A DNA stretch of 64,000 nucleotides from Lama guanicoe (Eukaryota). A model generated the notes under the pieces. The model made no database searches, was not told where the DNA came from, and saw nothing but the letters and a program-made list of their open reading frames with translations. Positions 39,011 to 52,303 of this stretch are shown here, piece after piece (within the stretch, counting starts at the first letter, position 1; each line of letters begins with the position of its first letter). A program made the position numbers and the translations under genes. The stretch lies in the NCBI GenBank assembly GCA_013239625.1, contig MU053652.1, positions 8,207,027-8,271,026 of the forward strand, given 5' to 3'.

Positions 39011-39499
39011 TAAACAGGTAAAAGAAATCCTACTTCCTGTCATGGGTAGATGAGTAGTTTCCTACCTTTTCCACATCTAAGTCCCGAGGATGCCTTTAGT
39101 TTTATGACACTTCAGCCCCTTAGACGCTACCAATCCTTTAGCAGTGAAAAGTCCTACCTGTAATACGTGGCACATCTTTATATTTTCACGTTGGTTGTCT
39201 TTTATTAATTTGAAACACATTTACTTAGGAGGACCTACGATGTATACATTGTACAAAGGTACAGAGTGACAGCTTCATGCAATACATTGGCTTTTCTTAA
39301 AAGTCCCAGCTTTTTTGCCATACAGGTCCTCATCAGTATAAAATCCTTGAAAATGTGTAACAGACCTCCCAAAGATCCTAAACTTGTGATAATTAAGGTA
39401 AACTGGTAAATAAACTTTTCAATGAAGGAAGAAATAAATCCTTTATTCTTTCTTACCAAATTTGTACCACTCTTTAACAAGATGCTAATAGAGTAGAAA

Positions 39500-40275
39500 T
39501 CCTTTTGTAAAGGAATTCCAGCTAAAAAATGAAGAAATTGTAGAAGTAAAGTATCATCATGCAAATTCTACTAGATCAGTCGAGTTAGGTAATAATCATC
39601 AATGGCTGAAACATCACAAAACTAGATAATATTGGACATCTTGTGCCCCTGATGGAAGAATATTACCACATCTATGAAGTATTATTGAAAAAAAAATTGA
39701 CCCTAATTCTGCTCATTTTTGATCCAACCATCAACTTCAAATTGTGGAGTTTAGAGGAACAGTTAAATGACATCTGTGGATGCAATGACAATATCCAGAC
39801 AACAGGATAAATGCCATACTTACTTCAACTTTCTTCAACAATTAATTTGAAAAGAGGAAGAAGAAAGATAGAGTGGGAACTGATAAATTAACAGAGACAA
39901 GAGATAAAGCAGTCAACTGCAAGGTGTGTCTCATTGGATTCCAATCCTAAGAAACAACTGTAAAACATTTTTTATATTTGTAAGCAGCTGGAAATAGGCA
40001 TCTTCCAAGATATTGAATGACATTGAAGGATTGTTACCTCATTTTTCAGATAATATAATGGTATTATGGTAATGTATATAAAATAGTCCTCACTTTTTAG
40101 TCATACATATGAAATATTAGTGGATGAAATCATGTGACACCTGGGGTTTGCTTCCAGTACAGGTGAAGGGGAGAGATGAAACAGAGTTCATCATGGTTGG
40201 TGATCATGAATCATGAATCAGAGTCCCAGGAGCATGGAGATCCATTGTGCTCTTCAGTTTGAAATTTTTCATAAT
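39500..40275 (+). mobile_element. Ancient L1ME/L1MC-like 3' UTR
   Basis: 'ggacatcttgtgcccctgatg...accacatctatgaagtatt...gataataatggtattatggtaatgt...tttgaaatttttcataata'. Confidence 0.65.
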
Positions 40276-40305
40276 AGGAAGTTAAAGTTAAAAATAGAGA
40301 TATGT

Positions 40306-40741
40306 CTTTTTTAAGGCTGAATAATATTCATTGTATGTATGTAGCACATTTTCTTTATGCATTTATCTGTCAGTGGACACTTGGGTTGGTTCCATATCTT
40401 GGCTTTTCTGAAAAATGCTGCAATAAACAAAGGAGTGCAAGTATCTCAAACCCTGGGGACATTATGCTAAGTGAAGGAAGCCAGTCACAGAAGGACAAAT
40501 ACTCATTTCCACTTAAATGAGGTATCTAAAATAGACTCATAGATGTCGAAAATCAAAAGGTGGTTGCCAGGGGCTGGGAGGTATGGGAACTGGGGAGTTG
40601 CTGTTTAACAGGTTCAGTTTCAGCTACGCAGGATGTAAAATGTCTAGAAATCTGTACAACGCACTTATAGTTAACGTTGTGCTTATAGGTATTAAGGTAT
40701 TGAAACCTTAAGAGGGTAGGCCTTATTTTTTTAAATAAAAA
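40306..40741 (+). mobile_element. 5'-inverted L1 (L1MA/MB-like): antisense 40306-40447 joined to sense 40448-40741
   Basis: Antisense ORF2 C-terminal block fused to the sense 'ggacattatgctaagtgaa...' block; flanking repeat agatatgt at 40298-40305 and 40742-40749. Confidence 0.8.
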
Positions 40742-42435
40742 AGATATGTTATTGTTTTGCATATTTTGATGAAAAATGAATAACATTGCATTCCTTTTTT
40801 TTTTTTAACATTTTTTGTAAACTTTTCACATAGCTTATTTAATCTGGTCAGCCAGTGTATTATCCAAACAATGCCAATTAAAACATTTATATTTTTATTC
40901 TATAGATAATGATCTTATTCCACAAAAACCCTACGTGCCATAAGTTGAGTTTATTGGCAGAGACCTAGAGTTTAATTATCAACACATCGGTCAATTACCT
41001 CTCATTCCATCTGGTAAAATTATGCTATGGTTGAGATATCTAAGGGAAGATATATGACCTTTAATCTTAGAACCTATAAAAAGACTGACTAAATAAAACT
41101 TAGCACCATGGTCTATGATTCATTAAATCTGCATTATAACCGTGGCTCTGCCTATCAAACTACATTCTTTTATGGCCATTCAGGTGATTTATTTTTGGAA
41201 CAGAGCTAATAATACTCACTTAAAGGAGAATTATGGGGATTAATATATTCGAAAATGCGTTAGCCCTTAACATGAAGTTTTGAACGATGATTTCAAAGAG
41301 TGATTAATTAATGAAAATAATTTCAACCCTAAGCATATTTGATAAAATATTTGTGACATCTGCTTGGCAGTTAAAGTACAGACTTGGGGAGCTTCCTGTG
41401 TTGTAGGCAATGAGAACAATTTAATTAGTGCTTCTACAAAGATGATGTTAATTCTTTAATATGGATCTTTGCAAAAGTTTCACCCAATTTAAATTAGTTT
41501 CTCCCATCTTTTCTTTTGTAATAACTCATGGAAGTAAATGAGAAGCACAAAGTCTGATGTAGATAAAGAGGAATGAGCACAGACATTAAACCAAGAGTGA
41601 CTGCCACTTCAGTTACTTATCGAGGACCATTGTCTGCTATTTTCTCCAACCTTTTCAAGTTTTACATACCATCCTAATATTCTAGGACTTTGAAAACAGG
41701 ATGAACAACAAAGCATCAAGTTCTCAGAGTTATTTTGCCCCTTTGGTATCAGATGATATAGGTTGCTGGGTCACATGAGCTTCCCCGCTGCTTTGAGCTG
41801 GGAGGTTTACTTAAAAGGCGAACTTAAACTGATCTGTCTATAGTCTAGTCCCACCTTAGAAGCTCTAGGATTTCTGTTTAAAGGTGATGTTGACCCCATT
41901 ATCACAGGAACAAACTCTAAGCTAGTCTCGAAATGGTGGTTATAGAATTGTGCTGCTTTCGCCACATGCTTATCCCCAGGCTCCTCTGTTTGCGAACCTT
42001 GCGTTTGCAGAAGACCAAGCTGGATATACCGGCAAGTCTGTGGCTGCAAAAAAGTTGCTCCTTATGTAAAACTAACTGGTAAAAGCAGTGTTCTTGAGAC
42101 CATGCCTTCATTACTGTGGCACTCTAATCAAGCGAGCAAGCCTTTTAAATACACCTGTCACCTTCAGGTGCCTACTAGAATGAACCCTGAGGACCCGAGG
42201 ACCGAGCAATTGTTTGAACTGAGACCTTGGCAGTGACTGATGAACTACTTTAATTCTTTTTAATATGGAATTTCTCTCCTTTTTGTTCACCTCTTGTGCC
42301 CTTAAGACTATAGGGTGGCCTGACTGAGCTGTCCCCAGGAACAGTCTTTCCTTAGAGTCTCCTCCATAGTGGCATGTTTTATTGCCTTAACTGTTATCTA
42401 TACACCAAAGATTTTAATAATTAGGGGCTGAAGTT

Positions 42436-42524
42436 GGGGTGGGGGTATAGCTTGGTGATAAAGTGTGTGCTTGGTGTTCACAAGGTCCTGGATTCAGTCC
42501 CCAGTGCCTCCATTAAGGGACAAA
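42436..42524 (+). mobile_element. tRNA-derived SINE, Vic-1-type (camelid)
   Basis: ggggtgggggtatagcttggtgataaag...gaggtcctgg-like...ggattcagtccccagtgcctcca with degenerate Pol III A and B boxes; 20-bp TSD aataattaggg(g/a)ctgaagtt at 42416-42435 and 42525-42544. Confidence 0.88.
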
Positions 42525-42943
42525 AATAATTAGGGACTGAAGTTCCTAAAGAAAGTGGGGAAAACTGATCTACAGTGATCTGTAGTGACCATTTGACATT
42601 TAAATTTTTTGTAATATTCAGTAATGTCTTCACAAAAAATTCTCTAAGGATATAGGGATGCTTGTTTTGCAGATAGAAATAAGTTAATTTTCCTCCATTA
42701 TAAAAGGAATGTATATATATTCATTGCAAGTAATTCAGAAAATACAAAAACAAATGAAGAAGAAAATTAAAATCACCAGTTTCATCACTGAAAGGCGAAT
42801 TCTGTTTACATTTGACTATATATTTCTCCAGACCTTTAAGTATACCTATTTATTCTTATAAAGATATGATAACACTTTACATACTGTTTTGTGACCTGAT
42901 TCCTCCATCCCTTCTCTGCTCCACCTCCCGCCCCCCCTGGGAA

Positions 42944-42947
42944 ACAT

Positions 42948-42980
<33 letters not shown>

Positions 42981-42996
42981 CAGCACACAGCACACA
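42944..42996. repeat. Interrupted (CA)n microsatellite
   Basis: Seen directly. Confidence 0.9.
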
Positions 42997-43916
42997 TATC
43001 ACTGGAATCTTTGCACTTCAAAAATGTGCTTATATACAAACAAAACATAAAGATGTTGAATAATGTCTAATCAGAGGGCTTTCTATTTAGGAGCAGGAAA
43101 GGTAAAGGATTATTACTTAAATCTTAGGAGTGTCAGAAGGGTGTATGTTTCATAAGGATCACATACCCAGCTTAACATGGCAGAGGCACCAGGCAGAGTT
43201 CTGAGAACCATCCCATTTCGTGCATGATTCAGGAACATTCCCATATGGTTGAGAACAGCATTCTGATTTTCATCTTACAATTTCAAGTCTACGTTTGTAT
43301 TTTGCTTTAAGACACTTTATAGCTGGGCTGGTTACCAATGACTATGTATAAATTTAGGGGTTACCACCTATGTGGTGAGCTCTCCATATCCTTGTTAGTA
43401 TATGAAAGCTGAATTAATGGAAGATAAAATACAGTTGCTGTTTATTAATGTCAGCAATCAGTAAAAGTAAGATAGTGCTTCTGAAGGAGTCCTGGACCTG
43501 TCAGTGCTTAAAAATCCCAGCAGCCAAGTTCAATGTAGTTGAAGCCTTTAAGCATAAGCAGGTATTCTAGCTTTTAAGTTGCAGTAACAACTTGTCTGCT
43601 TTAGAGATTGTTTTAAAAAACAGGTGTACTCAAACCTGATTTTCCTATATTAGACTAAATTTACTGAACTCTTGTCCTGAACAAGAGTCATCTTGTTGAA
43701 TATAATAAGGCATCTCCTTTTGTCATGTGATCGTTAACTCAAAGAATGCTAAACATGTACCTAATATATTTAAGATTTATCTAGTCAAATAATGTTTAAT
43801 TTACCAGTGGAAGAATTAAAGGGTAGAGATGTGATTCCCTTTATTACACAGATAATTGCTCACAGAGCTGTGATAGGAACCCATGACTTGACACCTCCTA
43901 GGTGTCTATTAGACAA

Positions 43917-44491
43917 TGTAATGGATGAGCCAGGTCTTTTATTCTCTGTATTCTGATGCTTTGACACCTGGAGCCTCTCTAACCTGGAGGGGCTGCTTCT
44001 TCCAGAGTTAGCCATCTCCTAGAGAGAGTAAACGATTTGTTCATCAGCAAGCACACTTTTCAGTGGCAAACCAGTTAATCCAGAGCCCACATCCCTAACT
44101 ACCTTCTCTACTGAGCTCTCACACTCCCAGTCACTAGCCCTCTGCCCTAATCAGCCCAGGACCAGGTACCAGACTACTAAGGACAGTCCCTCTGCCCTGG
44201 AACCCACTGAAATTATTCAAACTGGCTAATCCTAAGCGTGCTTCCCTTGTCTTGCCTGTTTCTTCCTGTGGAAATCACAGTAAAGGTGTGTCTCCATCTT
44301 TCCCCCCTCCCTCTGCTTCCTGACTGACCCTGGTGCTTCTCTGTGTGATGTCTCCCCACCCCCGCCATGACATAGTAATGCCCTCATTTCTTGTGAGTGT
44401 AACAAACTAGCTTTTCCACAGCAGTGATCTTCCGACCTTTTGGCCTTGTCATACATGAATAATAATAATAATAAAGTTATATATTAAAACA
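43917..44491 (+). mobile_element. Solo ERVL LTR (MER74A-like)
   Basis: TG...CA ends; 'tgtattctgatgctttgacacctggagcct...ctagagagagtaaacga...aatccagagcccac...aaattattcaaactggctaatcctaag'. Confidence 0.85.
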
Positions 44492-46962
44492 CATGGACCT
44501 TTCTTAACATGATAAACTTCACTTATGCTGCTACCACCAAGTGAGCATTATGAGTACAGAGACTACAATCATTGCTTCTGATTCTGCTTTGTGCCAATAC
44601 TGCATCATCTTCAGTCATTCAAGTCTAATAGAGGTCAGTACCCCTCTGTTATTTTAGTATGTACATAGTATTAAAAATGCTGTACATATTTTAAACTTTC
44701 TTTCCTTTCAATTTTTTCTTTTCCTCCTCCAGATTCATGTAGAGTTGGCAAATAATGTTTGACATGAGAGCTTCTGGTGAACTGCTCCACTCAATTCAAA
44801 GAACACAAGGCATATGACCTTTGGCGTTTTTTGGTAGTCCTGGGCTACTAATGCCAACGTTTTTATAATATTCTAGAAAAGAAAGGTGTGCCTAAAATCC
44901 ACACCATTCACAAGTGATACACCTATGACCACTAAGAGGGCCCACCACCAGATGGGAGAATAGGAGGAAGAATGGGGAAGTCAGAAGATTTTGGAAGAGC
45001 ATTTGGGAGTTCTCAGAGTAGGAAAAGTTTTCATATCAGAATGTAGAAAAGTCTGTCTTTTTAAATCAAAGATTTGTAGAAAAATTGCTTTCACTTGTTG
45101 AGTTGCACTCCAGGAAGTTTCCAATTTTGTAGGTGAAAAATGGTTGAATACTGGCAACGCCCTATGGCTCAACCTATTGGTAGAGTAAATAGTGTTTTTC
45201 TCTGCCGAGCACTGCTTTTTAATCGATGTGAGAACTAGAAAAATGAGACCTTACTCATAACAAAGACAAACTCTTACTCATATTTTAATTATCTCCCGAA
45301 TCTATAGATGGAAGATTATAGCATAATTTTCACTGACAAAATCTTACAGACACAGTGACTTTTGCCTATAAAGCAAAGGGAGGAAGATAGAGGAACCTTT
45401 CTGGACTGAGAAGACAGAAGCTCCCCTCCTGTTTTTCAGGGAAGAGCTTATTTCTGCTCTGGTGTTTTCACTTAGTCTTGTCATTTCTACTCTGACAATT
45501 ACCAAGATTTCTTGTAGCTTTGACTGATGGTCTGATAACTTTATTTTTATGTCTTTCTCTAACGTTTATAAATAGTGAATTTAATACTGGTTTCAAGAAA
45601 ACACTGACTACTAACTGACTATAGAAATTTTCTCAATATTCTTCTCCCTGATACTCTATTTCAACAGGGTTGAATTTGTAAAATGGATTGAGCAGCTGGT
45701 AAATAAGATTATGTTAGTAAAGATCTGTGCCTCAACCAAGGAAAAGGAATTGATTGAAGTGCAAAAGAATTTCTGTAGTGTTTGTCTTAAAACTAACATT
45801 AGCAGAGGTAGCCTCCTGGGACATTTTCTGTGCCTTCAGGACAACTTTTGTTTGTAGATTCCAGGCTTTGGTGTCAAAAACACCTTGTATTCATATGCAC
45901 TGACTCTTTTCCATTCTCCTAATGTGTGGATAGCTGGAAAGCATTAATAAATTCACTTTGGAGCCTGACATACACAATCCACATGATCTTGTATCTTATG
46001 GTGACCCAGGAGACCCACCCTAGTCAGTTTCTCAGAAAATAATAGTCCTGTCTGACTTACCTTTGTGCACAGTTTCTTAGTATTGTATTGTGAATGAATG
46101 TATGTTTTTTTTGTTTGATATGTTGGAAGGCAAAGATAAATCTTCTCACTGCTTATGAGTTTAAAATCCTCACAAGTCAGACATAGAAATGGTGTGGTCT
46201 TGGCCTTGATGTAGCTGTATAGTGATAACCTCTCGGTCATGATGATGACGATCTGGCCAGCTGTTCTTCAAGAGTTAATCACAGGCTGAGAACAAGGCCT
46301 GAAATAAGTCAATGGCTTTTCCTAATCTAGTCAATTATTAAAATGACCGATGGCGTCAGCCCACAGGTTTGTTTCTATTATCAGAGGTAGTAATGCCTTT
46401 GAGTGTTTTTATTTCATAGAAAACAAGATCTTGGTTAACAAACGATATGCCGGAACATGTTCAAACTCCTGGATAATTTTTTAAAATTTAAATTCAAAGC
46501 AACAATCATGGAAATTTATAAAGGTTTGTGATATTTAAAACTAGAAACATCAGTATGTCACAAGCGAAATATGAAAACTGAGAGGGAGAAAACACTTATA
46601 TTTGAGAGAAACTTAGGAGGTTAAGAAAAGGCTGAGCTGTGGCAACAATGGAGACTCCAGTGTCCAGGAGATCTGGCCTCATGCAAGCAGGACACTGGCC
46701 TCGTGAGGTCACTGGGACAGGCAATAAACCAATACTCTCTGGCATTACTTCACTATCCGAGTTCATTTCTGCAATTCTCTTGGTTTGTCCAGTCTTCTTT
46801 TATACTATGATTTCAACTAAGTGATTATTCAAAATCCTAAACCTTGGCACCCAGAATTAAGGTCTTCTTTTCAACAAAGTGGTAACCCCAGAATCCAACA
46901 TCTGGGAATAAATTAGCATCTGTTGTGACTACACACATATTCTGCAATCTAGTAAAGACTCA

Positions 46963-47052
46963 TTTTTTAAATTGAAGTATAGTTGATTTACAATATTGTG
47001 TTAGTTTCTGGTGTACAGCGTAGTGATTCAGTTTATATATATATATATACAT

Positions 47053-47083
<31 letters not shown>

Positions 47084-47228
47084 CTTTTTCATTATAGGTT
47101 AATACAAGATATTGAAATAGTTTCCTGTGCTATATAGTAGGATCTTGTTGTTTACCTATTTTATATATATAGTCTATGAGTCTGTTTCTGTTTTGTAAAT
47201 AAATTCATTTGTGTCATTTTAAGACTCC
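46963..47228 (-). mobile_element. L1 3' UTR fragment with an internal (TA)/(CA) microsatellite and a small deletion
   Basis: Homologous to 32185-32510 but lacks the C-rich block; short flanking repeat ctcatttt. Confidence 0.85.
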
Positions 47229-48460
47229 TCATTTTAATTAAGGTTGTATGTCTGCTTAAGAAACCTGTAACATATTTTTTTCTTAGTTTTGTTTTCTAAA
47301 AAATTAAATCTTACTTTGACTTAATGGAATTTAAATTGTCAGTTTTTGCCTTTTTATAAAGTTGTGAAAATGTGGAGTGTGACTCTATTCTCATCTATAT
47401 TTGCAAAGCAGTTAAAGGTTGTGTTAAGGACTCACTATACACTGTGTAGTACTGTTATACCCTGTGAGCCATCTCATAACTACGAACTTGGTGCTATGTG
47501 GACACAGCTGGACATGTTCTGGAGGTCTGATGTTGAGGTGCCCCACATAAGAAGGTAGAATCAGAGGGTCAGAGATGAACAACTAGAAAAAAGGATAGAG
47601 CAGAAGCAGAAGGTAAGATGGTACTTCAGGTTCTACTAAAATATGGAGAAAACTTTAATATACCAAACTGAGTGGACCCCGGATAATATTTGGGACATCC
47701 AGGACTCAAAGAGCTGGTAAGTTTTGCTTTAGGTAGAATTAGGTTGATGCTCTGGAGTTTATCTGGTATTTCAGAGTCTCAGTTCTGGTGGTCAGAGGGT
47801 AAAACTGGTATGCTGAGTGGCTTCAGGTTTATCTATCTTTCTCAAACTTAGACACTACTTAAAGTTTGTCTTATAAATCTCTCTCCTTTGCTGATGAAGG
47901 AATGAGCTCAAGTATCAGCCCAAGTATGAGGAATATTTTATTGAATGTTATTTACAATTAATTTACTTCTAGACGATATAAAAACTATGGTAATTGTTTA
48001 GGTATACAACATACTGTTCTGAGTGAGTGAATCAAAGATAATTTTAAAGTGGCCATTATGGCATTACCATAAAGATGTTTAAACCTCAAGTATCAGTTTA
48101 ACCTTTTTCTTCCTAAATAATATATGTAAGTTAAGTTAATTTCAATTTACAATGAATAAGTATAATATAGAGAAGAGGAGTAAATGACAGAGTAAAGAGA
48201 GAAAAAAATGTTTGCTTAGCATCTTCTAGTCCTAACTCTAATGATCAGAACATGCATATTACACTTTTTGTGAGCTACCCAATAAAGAAGATGGATTGCT
48301 CGAATCCCCTACATTTACTGAGCTGAAGAGATCAAGTTGCACCTAACTAATATCTTTGCAAGAAAGTTCATCAGGGTTAAAAACCTGTGGCCATACAACA
48401 GTTAACTGAAGTGGCCCACAGAAAAAGGAGCACTGAAGTGCTCTCAAAAAACTAGCTACC

Positions 48461-48810
48461 TAAAAAGACATAAATGAACTTATTTACAAAACAGAAACAG
48501 ATTCACAGACATAGAAAACAAACTTATGGTTACCAGGAGGTAAATGGGATAGGAAGGGATAAATTAGGAATTCGAGATTTGCAGATACTAACTACTGTAT
48601 GTAAAATAGAGAAACAGCAAGTTTCTTCTGTATAGCACAGGGAACTATATTCATTATCTTGCAGTAACCTATAATGAAAAAGAATATGAAAAGGAATATA
48701 TGTATGCATATGTGTGACTGAAACATTATGCTGTACACAAGAAATTGGCATAACATTGTAAACTGACTATACTTCAATAAAAAAGAATGCAAAAAAATTA
48801 AAAAATAAAA
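48461..48810 (+). mobile_element. Lineage-specific L1 3' end
   Basis: Near-identical in reverse complement to 52315-52640; poly(A) signal and A tail. Confidence 0.92.
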
Positions 48811-49789
48811 TAGATACTTACCAGCCAAGAACTATTTCAGGTACTCTTAGACATCATGACTGAAGTACCTTTGTTTCAGGTATCTTCCTGACTTTGAATT
48901 AAAACTCTACTTAATTTGATCCTATTAAGTTCATGTCTTAAAAAAACAGTTCAGTCAGCAAGAGTGCAATAGATTCGGTTTGTTCTGGCCTTAATTTGAT
49001 TGACTCAATGGCAGTCTGATTTAGTCAATAATTAATAAAGCTACAGTTCCTAAATTAACCGTGATGTGTTACATGATTTTGTCATTGTCTTAGCTGGTAG
49101 GTGTAATACCATTGGTTGCTTTTCTTTCTTCCTCGTATAATTCTGGCTTTTTCAACTTTTTCTTTCCACTACAATTCTTTCTTTTCCAACTTTTTCTTTG
49201 TTTTTACTTAAGTGATATCAGTGTTCAAGCTAAGAACTGGGTTTTTCTCCCCTGTTCTTGATTCTGTAAAGACCTTTAGTGCTTTTTCGGATGACTGACA
49301 GGTGATTAGTATTTTTTTCTGAGTTAATGGAATGTTCTTTTCAAGCTGTGGTTTCACTAGAATAAATCCTCTTTTCATGCTCTGTTCACAGAGGCCCTTT
49401 GTGTCCTTCACCTACTGAACACCCAGACTAGGCCTTTGGGCTGTAACATTGAGTTGCAACTAATGTGTGATCCATTAACCCATACCCTAGGTTTCTGCCC
49501 ACTGGACACCTAATGCTTTCAAGTGATTAGTTTTCAGATGTCTTTATGCCTTCTCTGACCCTCTACCTCCACTGTTTGTTTTTTTTTTTCCAAATTGACT
49601 CTCATTTTATTTCTCTTCCAATTTGCAAACTCTTCTGGAAAATTTACATCATCTTTCTTTCCACACTAAGTTTGTTGAATAATTTCCAATTTGAAATCAT
49701 CAGCCAACATTGTTTTTGAGAAGTTCATTTCCTGTTTCAGATTATTGGTAAAAACAAAGTCTATTCCTCTCTTCTCCTAGTTCCTATGG

Positions 49790-49960
49790 AGCACTGCTTA
49801 CTTCTCTCATCACGTCCCTGATGGCCTTGCATATGATTAGTTGTGCTCATTTTTCCTACTAGGTTGTAAGTGTCTTCAGGGCAGAGGATCTGCAGCTTTG
49901 CGTTTTCCACAGGGAGCAGCATAATACTTTTCACACAGTAGGAATTTAGTCAATGTGTGG
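49790..49960 (+). mobile_element. L2 3' end fragment
   Basis: 'ctactaggttgtaagtgtcttcagggcagag...cacacagtaggaatttagtcaatg'. Confidence 0.55.
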
Positions 49961-51294
49961 GAATTACATTATTATGGATATTTGTGGTAGACTACACAAA
50001 CGCCTCCTTAGAACTAGAAATATTGCCATTAAATCTAACACATAGTTTGTGTTGTTTTCTTCTCAGTGTCTTTCAGGTGATGTTTTCCGCATGTACTTAT
50101 GGAAATTAATTTGAATTAATTCCATTTTTGCAATTGGGATGCTGCATTATGTCTTTTCAAGCCAGGCACACAATATGTGTTACATTTGTTCTAATCGCAA
50201 CATGAAACTCAGTGGGGAAGTTTTTTTTTTTCCCTTTTAAGTTAATTGAGCATTTCCATCCTGGTGTTTAAGATTCTAATTGCTTTTGTTTCAAGATATT
50301 TAAATGTTTTCTCTTGGCATTTTCTAATTATTACATAAAATCACACAAGCAGATACACAGCAACCGTGTTTCGCCTTCTCTCTTGTTTTGTCAGGGAGCC
50401 CAGAGTGATTATGTTAGGCCTTAAGGACTCTCTTCATCATTTCCCCTAGTTTTCCTTGATAATGTATTTTCCTGATTTCAAGTGGAAAATAATTACACTG
50501 TAAAAAAATTTAAAACCATAAAAAGCATAAAGAATGAAATATAAATTAACTATAACTTATAATTCAGATATGATATAAAACAGCATTAATGTTTAGGAGT
50601 ATATTATTCCTTTTTAATTAAACATTTTTTTAATTAAAAATTTTTGCTTTATAAGGTTCTTCTTTCACTTAAGTGTATATATGAAACATTTTTATCAAGT
50701 CCTTGTATATTCTACCATCTTCAATATTTCTTATAGCGATATTTTGATATATCATGATTTATTTTGACAATCTAGTTTTGAGTATAAAAGACTTTCTCTT
50801 ATTCTTACCCCTATAAGTACTAATGTATTACCTTCAAACATACTTTATGATAAATTAATTTTCAATGAGTGAGCAACCTTAAGTGTAGAGAGAGGGACCA
50901 TGGCTGGTACATGAGCTATGATGAAATTTAAATTCTTAAGGTTCTGTTGTTTGCTCCTTTGACTTCCAGGACCATTCATTCCCACTGGTGAGCCTACGAT
51001 CTGACCCAATAGTTTTTAGGCACTGAAACTTGGGTTCTTTTACAGAACACCATAATTAGAGCTGGTCAAAGGGCAATTCTGTGTCGAGGCATCGGTGTAG
51101 CCAGAAAGGAAGTGAACAAATCCCCCAAGTACTGTGTGCCTTGGAGAATGAAGTGTATTTTATTTCAGTATTTCCATACTATTGATAATGTGAATATAAT
51201 ACTGAATTAATAATAAACTGAGATATAACAAAATTGGAAAGATGAGGAAAGGAGAAATAGGTGTCATGGTGTAAGAGTGCCATGAAAGTCACAT

Positions 51295-51546
51295 CTGTTC
51301 AGATTCGGTTTGGCTGTGTATAAAATAAAAATACAAAAGAAAACAGGCTTAAATGAACAATAGGCTTATTTCCTCTCAGGTAATAACTTGGAGAGATAGA
51401 CTGCCCAAATTATCTGGAAGAAGTTTCACCAAGTAGTTGGGGACCCATCTACCTTTAAAATCACTGCTTTTTCATGCTAATGTGTTACCTTCATATTCAA
51501 GGTCCAAAGTGGCTGCTGTTGATCCATCCATTTCATCTTCCTCCAG
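51295..51546 (-). mobile_element. Old MaLR LTR fragment (MLT1J/K-like)
   Basis: 'ggcttaaa...ttatttcctctca...ggggaccca...caaagtggctgctg'. Confidence 0.5.
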
Positions 51547-52109
51547 AGATAAGCATAACATGAGTTAGCAGTGTACACCAATCAAGATCAAATAAAAGTG
51601 TGTGCTTTTTGGGGTTTTTTGAGGGAAAAACTCAAGAACCAACCAAAGTATATTCAAGGAAAGAGAAGATTTCTTTGAACTTGGAACTTGTATCTCATAG
51701 TTTCTCTTTTATCACCATTAATCTTTATTACAGTGGGTAGCCTTGAGCCTCTCAAACAATTTTCTTTGGTCCTAAAACACAGGTTGGCCCTTTTATAATT
51801 CAGTCTACTTCTGATACCTATATGTACCCTTCTTGGTAGAAGCCATATGCTAACATCACTGTATTCTCTTCTATACGTAATATAGTGGTCTATATGCTTC
51901 AAGTAGAGTAAAGATATTGATTGAGTAAATGAAAAAACAATTCACATAACTTTTGGCAACACATTAATTTCTTTATGTTTTATCCTGTCTTATTCCAAAC
52001 AGTCTGTTAATTTTCTAACCCTTTTCTCTCATCCTATTCTGAACAGGCCTGGCTACTGTTCTGCTCACCTCTATTTCCCCAGGAGAATGTAGGAAATGAT
52101 GCTTTGGTT

Positions 52110-52288
52110 TTACTTGACTCTGCTACTTAATGGCAGTTTGAGCACATTATGTCACCTTTGAGGTCCTCAGTTTACTCACCTGTAAAACGAAGATAATGGC
52201 CTCTGATGTATTGGCCTCACAGATTTGCAAATGGATCTAATGAAAACTGATTATGAAAAACTTAAAATCTGCAAGCCATTGTACAAAT
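52110..52288 (+). mobile_element. MIR SINE (L1 inserted at its 3' end)
   Basis: 'ctctgctactta...cctcagtttactcacctgtaaaacgaagataat'. Confidence 0.7.
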
Positions 52289-52303
52289 AGAACATAGTGA
52301 TAT

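Noticed and set aside
44700..44840. Strong polypyrimidine tract with an AG acceptor at about 44732
   Set aside because: All three downstream frames stop within about 30 nt; cannot be supported as a coding exon
46236..46302. ATGATGA...CTGA snoRNA-like pattern
   Set aside because: Too short and lacks a convincing terminal stem
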